A stretch of 64,000 nt of DNA from Octopus sinensis (taxonomy: Eukaryota): positions 24,056,001 through 24,120,000 of the forward strand of contig NC_043014.1 in assembly GCF_006345805.1 (NCBI RefSeq). The letters are read 5' to 3'. Made by a program: the position numbers and the translations under genes. Below the pieces are notes generated by a model. That model made no database searches. It was not told where the DNA came from and worked only from the letters and a program-made list of their open reading frames with translations. How positions within the stretch are numbered: position 1 is the first letter of the stretch; each line of letters starts with the position of its first letter. Below are positions 53,062 through 63,254 of this stretch, piece after piece.

Positions 53062-53279
53062 TCAAGAATGTGAAAAAGGAGAAAGCAAAGTCTTCAGTGT
53101 GAGTATGTGGTTTGTGGGGTCAACCACGTCCTCCGCTTCATTTTTTGTTATTCACTCATTCTCATTTAATTGTATATATTTTAATTGTTTGTTTATTCAT
53201 ATGTTTTGTCTCATTCGATACCCTGACCCCGTTTGTTTTGTCCCCTCTTTTCCTCAACCTTATGGTAAATAAAGAAATA

Positions 53280-53320
<41 letters not shown>

Positions 53321-53428
53321 CAACTTTCTCAAGCACACACATAGACACTCCTGCATTGAATTTTTCTGACATGGAAATTTCATTTTGTGAGTAGGGACAG
53401 CTAAGCAAATCCAAAATACAAAAAATAT

Positions 53429-54392
53429 GGATCTTTTCCTTTTGAACAGCAGATGTCAACACAATTTCTAGTTAACTAAACACTTTTAAACTTCGTATAC
53501 TGGTAGAATGTGTTTATAAAACATCATTTTCTCTTGGTTTTATTGAGAAAATTCTATAGTTTGTAAGATATTTCATCTGAAAATCCGAGCATTTCGGCAA
53601 TTTTAACCAATCAATTACCTCCATTTAGGTAAACAACATTTGCTGCGTCTAAAACTGAGACAACATTTTGTAGAGGGGCAGCAGACCTCTTGTAAGGCTG
53701 CCAAAAGCTGCTGAAGGGTGGGTTAGGGATGCTGTGGCTAAAAATGCGCAGACATGCGCTCAGGCTTAGGCACCTCTGGATTTACCTGGACGGTGAGCAG
53801 GTGTGGTCTCCGTTCGTCAAGCTGTTATTTCCACAGTTCACATCGTTTAATGAACTGAACCCATGGATCAAGTGTAGACCGAGGTCACCCTCCCCCCTCC
53901 CCCCAACCTTAAATTTTTTTTTCTTAATTGTTAAATTAATTTAATTGTTACGCGTATAAAAAAAACTAAAGCAATGGAAAATAATTTAAACAATTAGCAA
54001 ACAAAATAATTCTATAATTTTATACACACGCTTTCCGTATACGTATGGAAAGCGTGTGTATAAAATTATAGAATTATTTTGTATGTTAATTGTTTAAATT
54101 ATTTTCCATTGCTTTAGTTTTTTTTATATGCATAGCAATTAAATTAATTTAACAATTAAGAAAAAAAAAATTGGGGGTTAAGGTTGGGGGGGGGGTAGTT
54201 ACAGGATGTTGTCTCAGTTTTAGATGCAGCAAATGATTTTAGCTCAAAAGAGAGCATAGGAAAAACAAATTACAATTTTCTCAAGAAAGCCAAGAGAAAA
54301 AAATGTTTTATTTTGACACATTCTACCAGTATACAAAGTTTTAAAGTGTTTAGTTAACTAGAAATTGTCTGCCGTTCAAAAGGAAAAGATCC
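53429..54392. mobile_element. Second Merlin-like foldback element (same terminal family as 13319-14138) carrying a 220-bp LINE insert
   Basis: Termini GGATCTTTTCCTTTTGAAC / GTTCAAAAGGAAAAGATCC; 8-bp TSD AAAAATAT/AAAAATCT (7 of 8); near-perfect central palindrome at about 54040. Confidence 0.85.
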
Positions 54393-54399
54393 AAAAATC

Positions 54400-55560
54400 T
54401 GAATGAGCTATGACAGCATCACTAAAACCACACTCATACCAAACACTAACAAATTCACAACTTCACCACCACCACCACCACAACCCATATTGACAAAAAA
54501 AATCACACACAGTAGACTGAAATGCAAACACAACATTAACTTTCTGCTAATAAGAAACACAAATCTAAAACTGATATATAATAAATATAACTAATTAAAA
54601 CAAGTCTAAAACACAAAAGGAAAACATGAGACAAAAGGAGGGGTCAGCACTTTCAAAATGCTACACAATTTGAAAATAACAAGGCTGGACTTGGAGACAT
54701 AAAATACCGTAGGGGACTTTGCCTAATGATGTGAGAAGTCCGAATGTAAGAGCCAAGAACAGACTCCTAAAGAGTTTTCCATAGAAAGCTGAAAACATCA
54801 TGGAGACAGAGTCAGCCAATGTCCAAGTAACCCATCTCCTTTTCCTCTTTATATTTCACTTAACATGGTGAATCTCAGAATGGGATGCATAAAGGCACAT
54901 GACCTGAGGTCACACTGGAAGCAGAGATGCATGCTCAAAGAACTAAGATCCCTAGGTTTGGATGTGATAGCCATCAGCAAGACCAGTATTTCTAACACAC
55001 ACATAGCACACATTTTTGGTAATTTCAAGGTCTCCACACATCTTACTTCACCCAGAATGTGGGAATGGGGTGGTGGTGCTGCTTTGGAAAAACCTGGGCC
55101 TTGAGATACAGTTGATCTTCCTTGACCCAGATGGTAAGCTGATGATCCTGGACATGAACATTGGCGAAGGTGGTGCCTTTAGACTAGTTGCTGTTTATGT
55201 CTGATCTGGGTCAGAGTAGCTAGATTTCTTCAGGTGTTCAGTTTTTCTGGGAACACTCCACTCTTTACTGCTTATGGACGATTGGAATATGATCTTAGAT
55301 GCATACCTGGATTGTGTTAGGCTAAGAGATAGGGTAAGGAATGTAAAAGCCTTGCAAGCTTGTTCAGTCATTTCAAAATGGCTGAAGGTACTAACTGTAT
55401 TTCATGATGTATCAGTATAGACATGAACAAACAGCATCACGAGCACAGTTCAAAGTTGCTGACTACTCAGATCACAAATTTGTGACCTGTATGATCTACC
55501 TAGATAGGTTGCATAAACAGAGACCTGATACTGGAAACTGAACACATCTTTCTTGGTGCA
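54400..55560 (+). pseudogene. Decayed ORF1 end and ORF2 APE of an older Tx1/L1-type LINE
   Basis: LDVIAISKT, VVLLWKNLGLEIQLIFLDPDGKL, FRLVAVY, SDH and WKLN remnants homologous to 49784-50450. Confidence 0.7.
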
Positions 55561-56155
55561 CCAACTATCACAACACTATCAACCTTAGCGGGTAACTTCC
55601 ACAGCTTGAACTGCTTCAGTCACATGATACACACATTGCAAACTAGCTCATATGCAAATATTGTAAAAGTTTTGGCTCACCTCTTAAGTAACCATGCACC
55701 CACCTTACCTAAGCATGCACATTTAGTCAGCTTCCATGATGAGTATTCTATTTGTTTGATCAACTGAATTACCAACTCTTTACTGTAAGTGGCTGAATAT
55801 ACCACGGGTCTATGTACCTTCAGGCAGACTCAGCATGACACTGTTTGTGACAGAGCTGACATCCTGAATTGCAGTTCCAGTTCATTGTCACTTCCATTTA
55901 TCCTCTTCACTCATAAGGTTTGGCTGGAACCAGAGCTATAGAATAAAACACTTGCCCAAGGTACCACATAGATTAAACATGGAAGCCTACAATTGTAAAA
56001 CAAATTTCTTGAATTTTCAGCGGTGTTTGTACCCATCACACATACATAAGAACACGCACACACTTATTAATACACACCCATATAGGTGCATACACATATA
56101 ACTAATGAATTAATTTTTAAAAATTAAAAATGAAATGGAAATATATATTATATAC

Positions 56156-56285
56156 CTGAAGACAATTTGAAAGATCTAAATGTTCTAAATTCTTACAGCA
56201 TTCTCCTTGTGCCAGGTAAGTCATTCCTTTGTCTGTGAACCTTCTGCAATATGCCAAACTTAAACAAAGCAAGTTACTGAGGTAC
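56156..56285 (-). CDS. FBXL13: FBXL13 coding exon (YLSNLLCLSLAYCRRFTDKGMTYLAQGECCKNLEHLDLSNCLQ)
   Basis: AG at 56286-56287, GT at 56155-56154; 130 nt; strong match to the FBXL13 LSLAYCRRFTDKG motif; lies inside ORF 56117..56371. Confidence 0.93.
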
Positions 56286-56437
56286 CTTAAAAAAGTGAAT
56301 AAGGAGACAAGGGAAAAATAAATAATGCAAGTAAATTTAACATCAGTGAAATTTTGTTTCATACTTTGCATGAAAACAACCTCTATTCCTTGAACTCTAG
56401 TAGTAAATTATATTGAGAAGTATAAACACAAAATCAG

Positions 56438-56716
56438 TGTGGTGTGTGCATGATTTGAATATAAAGGCACCTGCCTTCTCTTCCTCGTGATGGAGACCCT
56501 TCTGTGGTAGCTAATCCTTCGACCCAGCCCCGACCTGAACACTAAAGATAGCAGCTGCTCACCCAAACCCTTAGCGACCGTCCTCACACGTCTTGTCACC
56601 TGGATGACCCACGTTGGAAAGGCCCAATTGACCACTGCCTGCACACGCCTGACAGCTGCCCCTTCCGGTTGCCCCAGCTTCCGGTCAACGCACCCAGCTG
56701 CTGATGTCATCCCACA
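56438..56716 (-). repeat. 3' LTR (279 bp, TGTGG...CCACA)
   Basis: Inverted 5-bp termini; direct repeat of 60333-60599. Confidence 0.92.
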
Positions 56717-56729
56717 CGCCACCCTGATC

Positions 56730-59538
56730 TTAAAGATCACAATCTCTCCGCTCCATGTCGTAGTCCACCATCCAACCAGGAGAGCGCCTTGTTCGTTGAG
56801 ATCTTCTCAAGCTGGGCTCCTTGTTCTCCCCCTCTCCTGAATCGTCGTCCGTCGAAGCGACAATCCTGCGAAGGTCCAAGACATGTCGTGGCGTTCCATC
56901 TACGGATACGTTGTTTCTGGAATTGACCGCCATCACCGTTCCTCTGCTCCATTGAGACGTACAGCGCGCCTTTGGTGGCTTGACCCAGACTTCCTCCCCT
57001 ATTTTCACGCGAACGGGTCCCTTCTCTTCCTCGTGATCCTCCGGCGCTTTGCTCGGGTGCCTCCATTCATATTTGAACACAGCTCTCTGCGGCACAGATT
57101 CTTCAGCTTGTCCAGATCGGGGAGACAAGTTGTACCAAAAAAATGCTTCAAGCGGTGAAATGTGCCCTCTTTCAGCTATGGCCTTGACTGTCCGATGGTG
57201 CCTCTCCACGATCCCGTTACCGCTCGGCCTATACGCTGCTCTGAACAAGCGTCGCACATTCCACCGATCAAGCATAACCCTCAATGCTTCCAAACGAAAC
57301 ACCGCCCCATTGTCCATCAGTAGTTCTTCTACGGGACCTCTCTTTAAGAATATCCCGTTCAGGATCTGGGCGATCTCGTCAGCAATGCCTGATCTCAACT
57401 CCCTCCAAATGGCCAGCCAGCCCGGCCCGCAGTCGACGATGGAGAGGTACATTCGCTGAAGGTAGTGTGTCATCCACGGCTAGCCTTTTCCAGTTCTGCT
57501 CCACGGAAAGGCTTCCCTGTTCATGCCCACACGGAGCAGGGTCGATGGACTGACACCTGTCGCAGCTCCCGACCACCTTCCGGATGCTTCTCCTAGTGAC
57601 GTCAGCATCAATTTTCTTCGGCAGATACAGGGTCCTGTCCACACCCAGGTGATGCATAGCATGCAGTTTCTTCAGTTCAGAGTCATCCAACCGACACGCC
57701 GCAGCTATCCCTTTCGGGGCCTCCTCCGGTTCTTCCAACCATGCTCTTTTCACCCTGGTCAGTACATCCGCCCTGTTTTTCTCTGAAGGCACGAAAACCA
57801 CACTCAGCTTCAGTCCAAACTCGGCGATCAATTCACCTAGAACTCCTAGACGGCGCTTCACTAAGATCTCCGCAGCACCTTTCGTCCGCACTCTCCTTTC
57901 ACCGGTGATCACCGATCCTACCCAGCCAAGCACAGTGGCCGGATCCGTCCGGATTTCAATCGTGCGCAGCCCCCATTTCAAGGCCAAGTTCACCCCTTTT
58001 AGCACCGCGTCTAATTCGGCGACATTGATGTGGTTGAAATCATCTGCTTTCCAAAGCCAGGCCGCGTCCTCCACCGCAGCGCCTTCGATTGCCAACACCA
58101 CCCCTATCACTATACTGCTGGCATCACACCAGATGGTCCCGCATTCCGTCTTGGGCACGTACCAGATCCCCCTGACCGGGTCTTCCGCTCTCGTCCTCTC
58201 TAGGATTTCCTGCATCATTGCCACCGTCCCTTCTTCCACTTTGTCGCCCCACCTCTCCCCTTCTGCTCGTCTCTTGGTGTAACTACACGCCATGCGCAGC
58301 CATCCAGCGATAGGGTAGTGACCGACCAACTTCCCACACACCGAGAACAGCTCCCTCCTGCTGACGCTGGAACTCAGCTCTGGGATATCATTTCCTCTCC
58401 GGAACACCAATTCACCCAATCCATCTCTTCGCAGCTTCAGCCCGGCTCCCCCTTCAATCGACTCCGGTGGCTTAGCAATCAGTCCAAACTTCTCCAGATG
58501 ACTAACTACCTCGTCGGCTGGCACTACAGTTTCGTCCACCAAAATGTCATCAATGTAGGAGCTGGTGGCCTTTCTAATCTTGCCGTCTTTCCCTAGGATG
58601 GACCTAAGCACTGCCGCCATGATCTTCGGAGCGGAATTCAGCCCAAAACCCAGCCTGGTTAAACAGTACGTCTGGCCCTTGTACTGCACCAGCTGATATC
58701 GCCACAGTTTGTCGCTCACATGGAGCTGCAAGTATGCCGATCTCAAGTCGACAATCATCGCTGCCTCGGTCGACTGTCTCCACTTACGTAACGCCTCGCC
58801 ACAAACGTCTGTCACCTCACCTCCTGTGTGACACGATATGTGCTGGTTTAGCTCCCTGAAGTCCAGCATCAGTCTGACTTTTCCCTTCGTAGGCTGCACC
58901 ACCGACATCAGGGGTAGCACTCCACCCGCTACCTCCTCCTTCCAAGGGACAAGGACCCCTTCCTCGATCCACCTCTCCACCTCGTCTTCAAACTTGACCC
59001 TGGCATGGCCTTTCAGGGTATGCTGGTAACAGCTCACCCTGTTTTCCAGCGTCGGGGGCTCGTCCTTCCATCGCCACTTTATCGTCCACCGCTGACCATC
59101 AAACGCTGCCTGAAAGTCTTTGTCCTCAATGGTGTAAGCGGCGCAGTCCCTCGCGGGGCTCTGCTCTCTCTGGCGATCCTGACTCGCAGTGCACGACGCC
59201 CCCACGCTTCCGAACGTGACCTCATTTCCCACAACACTGACGCCACCGAGGCAGTTGATGGCATCCATCCCCATCACCACATCAACTCCATCTATCATGC
59301 GTTCGGCCACAATTGCCTGCAGCCTTAGCATTGTGCCACGCACCACTATCTCTACCTTGCTGCTGCCTCTGCAACGGATTTCGCTGCCGTCGACTGCCCG
59401 GACACTACTCACCCTGTTCCATTCCTTCGTCACCCTCAAAGTCACAATTGTGGACATACAGCCCGTATCCACGAGGGCCTTGAATGTCTTCCCCTCGGCC
59501 TCCACGTCAATCAATGGCAGCATCTCCAAATAGCGCCT
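56730..59538 (-). pseudogene. pol: Pol (protease, RT, RNase H, integrase) with one frameshift near 57473
   Basis: ORF 57379..59529 (ALVDTG, YIDD, CDAS, H..HH..CDRC, LAVD) continued by 56730..57473 (LMDNG, NGIVERHH). Confidence 0.9.
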
Positions 59539-60279
59539 CTACTCGTTTGCGGCAACTTCCCCGGGATCGTTTCCCTGGTCGCAATCACGGGCAATGTGCC
59601 CTGTCTGCCTGCATCGATAGCAAACGGGCCCCGGCTGCGTACAGTCCCGCGCCATGTGCGGTCCCTGACATCTAAAACACCGTCCTGAGAACGGCCGCTC
59701 TCGTAGCACGATAAACTTCTGTACGTCTTTCTCAGGACGTCGGACGTCTTTACGCACCTCCGTCACCGCCATCGCCTTCCACCCAGAGTGTCTCATCAAC
59801 ACGCGGGCCTGAGCCACGAGTTCGCTCAGCACCATCTTTTTAATCCCGGACAGTCGTTGTAGGTGAATCCCTACATTGTCGGGGAACCCATTCACAAATG
59901 CCAGCCGGGCTGCTCTCTCCATCCCTTCTACCACAAACCCAGCCAGAGTCGCTAACCTTCTAACTTCTGCTGCATAGTCGTCCACTTGGCTTCCCGTCCA
60001 CCTGATCGCACCTAGCTTAGCAAAAGCTGTGTATTCGCATTCCGTATAGGCATCCCGCAAGCGTCGCTCTATGTTCTCCTCGCTGAGCCGTTCCTCTTCA
60101 TCCATCTCAAGGTATAGCGTTAAGGCACTCCCTTCTAAATACAGCACTATAAGACTTGCCACATCACTTATACCTTGCAGTCTTGCCACCAGCCTGATTT
60201 TGCGAATCCAGGCCACTACATCGCCTTCACCATTAAAAGGTCTGACAACGTCGCTGGCGATCCTAATTTTTGCAGACAT
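59539..60279 (-). CDS. gag: Gag with two CCHC zinc knuckles
   Basis: 246-aa ORF; CFRCQGPHMARDC and CYRCRQTGHIARDC. Confidence 0.88.
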   Translation of the reverse strand: MSAKIRIASDVVRPFNGEGDVVAWIRKIRLVARLQGISDVASLIVLYLEGSALTLYLEMDEEERLSEENIERRLRDAYTECEYTAFAKLGAIRWTGSQVDDYAAEVRRLATLAGFVVEGMERAARLAFVNGFPDNVGIHLQRLSGIKKMVLSELVAQARVLMRHSGWKAMAVTEVRKDVRRPEKDVQKFIVLRERPFSGRCFRCQGPHMARDCTQPGPVCYRCRQTGHIARDCDQGNDPGEVAANE

Positions 60280-60320
60280 CGTGGCGACGAATCGTGTTGA
60301 AATGTAAATGTTTAAGAACT

Positions 60321-60332
60321 GCCGAAATAGCT
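60321..60332 (-). promoter_or_regulatory. Putative primer-binding site complementary to nt 1-12 of tRNA-Phe(GAA)
   Basis: Sense AGCTATTTCGGC directly abuts the 5' LTR; the + strand GCCGAAATAGCT equals the conserved 5' end of metazoan cytosolic tRNA-Phe. Confidence 0.7.
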
Positions 60333-60600
60333 TGTGGTGTGTGCACGATTTGAATATAAAGGCACCTACCTTCTCTTCCTCGTGATGGAGACCCTTCTGT
60401 GGTAGCTAATCCTTCGACACAGCCCTGACCCGAACACTAAAGATAGCAGCTGCTCACCCAAACCCTTAGCGACCGTCCTCACACGTCTTGTCACCTGGAC
60501 GACCCACGTTGGAAAGGCCCAATTGACCTCTGCCTGCGCACGCCTGACAGCTGCCCCTTCTGGTTGCCCCAGCTTCCGGTCAACGCACCCAGCTGCTGAC
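60333..60600 (-). repeat. 5' LTR (outer about 11-12 bp missing)
   Basis: Matches 56438-56704 and then diverges before the TGTCATCCCACA terminus. Confidence 0.9.
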
Positions 60601-60802
60601 TTACTGAATATGTTAAAAAAAACTTGAACATAGGTCAATAAAAGTCAAATATAGTTTGTTTAAATGTCAATATAATTATGTTCACAGAGAGAGCAGAAAA
60701 GAGATACAGAAAATAATTTTTCAGACTTTTAACCCCCAACAAAATAAACAAAAAAAGAAAATAACCCAAATATTAAAAGGATTAGCAAATAATTAATCAT
60801 AC

Positions 60803-60903
60803 CGAGCAATTATTCTTAAAGCTGTATCAGTTATAAGTGTGTGAGAAATATTAAGGTAAAGTAAGATATGACAACGCCGAGCGATGAGAAGTAGATGGTC
60901 ATC
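60803..60903 (-). CDS. FBXL13: FBXL13 coding exon (DDHLLLIARRCHILLYLNISHTLITDTALRIIAR)
   Basis: Acceptor AG at 60904-60905 after a pyrimidine tract; donor GTATG at 60802-60798; 101 nt, phase 0 to 2; LRR motif. Confidence 0.88.
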
Positions 60904-61039
60904 CTGTAAAAGAGGGAGAAAAAGTATTTAAGGATATATATATACACACACACCACACACACAAGAATATGTATGTATAACAACAATAAAAACAATAAAG
61001 TTTTTTAAAAAATGATAAAAAACAAAAAAATTAGAGTGA

Positions 61040-61545
61040 TGGACTGGCAAAACTGTTACAGTGTTGAGCAAAATGCTTTGCAGTAGTTCCTGCTGCTGAA
61101 GGTAGAAAGCTGGCAGAATCATTAGTGCATAGGGCAAAATGCTTAGCGGCATTTTGTCCATCATTATGTTCTAGGTTAAATGCTGCCAGGGTCAACTTTG
61201 CTTTCATCCTTTCATGGTCAATAAAAAAGCACAAGAGTCAAAGTAATCAACTTAGCCTCTCCCTGAAATTGCTGGCCTTGTGCAAAAACTTGAAACAAGT
61301 ATTTCTTGTTCTTTATGTTTTGAGCTCCTGTCAGACTCAATTCATCTTTCACCTCACCAGGCTCAATAAAATAAAGCATCAGTTTAGTAGTCTGGTTGAT
61401 ATAATCAATTGTTAATCCACCACCACTACCATAACCAAACTAATGACCTTTTGTCTAATTTAAAATCTGTTATTATTAGTATTTGTTCTGGCTCTTTCCA
61501 TTCTGAACTCAAATCACATAGAAGTCAACTTTGCCCTCAATCCTT
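61040..61545 (+). mobile_element. Cluster of degraded SINE fragments (Meta-like family)
   Basis: Repeated TGGCAGAATC..GCAAAATGCTTAGC heads and GTCAACTTTGCTTTCATCCTTTC core. Confidence 0.55.
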
Positions 61546-62415
61546 CCAAGGATTGAACCTGGAACCATGTGGTTGGGAAGTAAGCTTCTTACCACATAGC
61601 AATGCCTGCACCTATGTATATAGACATAAATGCATACATACATATATACATATGCATGCATATGTATACATATACAATATAGAACAAAAAAGAAATAACA
61701 AGAGAGGAGCCCCAAAATGGCAACATAGAGGGATTCAGGTTTCTCTAGATGCAATCTTAAATTACGACATGCCAGAAGCAAATGCCTTCCCCCAGTTCTT
61801 GTTATCAGACTACACCTTCTAGATAGGTGTAGACCTTTCATTCATCTTTCATAAAATTTGATGGAAAGCAAGGTTGGATTTTACTGAAAAGTAATAATAA
61901 TATTTTTTTACATAAGTACTCTCTTTATTCTCAATTTGTCTTCTCTGTCTCTTATTCACAGTTCCACTCTCTCTTGCTTCTCCACCCAATTTTTCCTTTT
62001 CTTTTTCAATGCTGCTTTCCTTCTATTTTCTTTTCAAAATGACTATAAGACACTTCACCATTAACCCATCCTTTGACATTATTTCTTTGTATCTTAATGC
62101 AGTAAAGTGTTCTCTGATGATTCATTCTACTTAAGCATCCAAATGCATTTGGAATACACAAATGCTGGTTTCCAAGCAACCATAATGTATGTAAGAACTA
62201 ATATATAAACCTGTGATTATCTTAATTTCTCTAGATTTGCTCTGTATCATTACTAGTAATAGTAATGAGATACACTAATAGTAAAGTAGTTACTTAACCG
62301 GCATACTGGAAGTAGATTAGAATACGATAATTTATGTGGAGCTCTCAACACAACAGTAGCAGTCTTACATCTATTTGTGTACACATGAGATATTATATAT
62401 ATATATACATATATA

Positions 62416-63254
62416 CAGGGTGCGGTGAATAAAATGTTGTATAAATTACGCAAAAATGAAAATAACACTGATCTTATTTTAACAGATATATTTACCTCAA
62501 TTACATAAAAATATCTTGAAATATTAGAGTAAATTTATTCAATAAAATCGCCATTGGCTTCAACCATGGCCACCAGACGACTTTGAAATCCCTTGCAACA
62601 TTTCTATTTAAGTTGGTGAATGCTGCCATAATCCTTGCCTTCAGTGTATGTTTGGTGTTACAAGGAGTTTTGTTAGTCTCTCGCTCAACTGCACCCCATG
62701 CATAATATTCAAAGAGGTTGCAGTGTGGGGATTTAGGTGGCCAGATGTTAGGGATGATGTGGTCACAGAAATTTTCTGACAGCCATGACTGGGTTCCCCT
62801 GCTTGTGTGGCATGGTGCAGAGTTCTGTTGCCAGACATAGGGTCTTCTAGCAGCCACTCTCTTCACCCAGGGTCACACTACCTCCTCCAGGCACTTGATG
62901 TAGGCCATGTGGGAAGATGAATGGAAACATAACTATGCCCTCACTAGCGAACACTCCAAGCACTCCATGTTGATTAGATGTTTGATTTTTATCACTCTCG
63001 GTACATGCACTGTTCTCAGATTGACACCCAAACACTCTGAAATGTTCATATTGGAGCTTCTGGCATGAATGCCAAGCAGTACAGCATGTCATTTCCAAAT
63101 TTCTGACAGAGTGAGTTGCCTCATGGAATGGTTTTTCTCACAGATGGTGCCCAACTGACCCTACAGTAATGTGTAGTTGATAAAATTAAAAATAAACAAT
63201 GAGAATGGGCAAAATTAAAAATATAAAATGGCAATATTTTACCCACTGCACCCT
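62416..63254 (-). mobile_element. Internally deleted Tc1/mariner (maT/DD37D-like) transposon
   Basis: Imperfect TIRs CAGGGTGCGGTGAATAAAAT / ATTTTACCCACTGCACCCT with TA flanks; ORF 62501..62866 (YVWQQNSAPCH...WPPKSPHCNLFEY). Confidence 0.8.

Larger units (their letters stand above)
47976..53279 (+). mobile_element. Near full-length Tx1/L1-clade LINE inserted in a (CT)n microsatellite
   Basis: ORF1 with the CCHC knuckle CYKCGEKGHIRSSC; ORF2 APE (LLGDFN, SYID, SDH), GYWKLN, RT (PGLDG, QGCPLSP, YVDN), CxxC..H..C; AATAAA at 53268; (CT)n on both sides (47938-47975, 53280-53316). Confidence 0.93.
56438..60600 (-). mobile_element. Gypsy/Ty3-type LTR retrotransposon (gag-PR-RT-RH-IN), near complete
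   Basis: Two LTRs with 9 mismatches over 267 bp; PR DTG, RT YIDD, RH CDAS, IN HHCC/DDE in gypsy order; purine-rich tract at 56717-56733. Confidence 0.95.
8394..60903 (-). other. FBXL13: Partial gene model: F-box/LRR-repeat protein 13 (dynein regulatory complex subunit 6), LRR region, 11 coding exons; 5' part outside window
   Basis: Manually spliced GT-AG exons give one uninterrupted frame (about 412 codons) of cysteine-containing LRRs, collinear with vertebrate FBXL13 as I recall it (e.g. LSLAYCRRFTDKG, EGNNRISD, RELNLSNCV, ITDVAIKNLAFCC, GVCHYL, ILYCKSISK). Intron phases are consistent at every junction. Confidence 0.9.

Noticed and set aside
60321-60332. tRNA-Phe gene
   Set aside because: Only the first 12 nt match, with no cloverleaf or B box; interpreted as a primer-binding site
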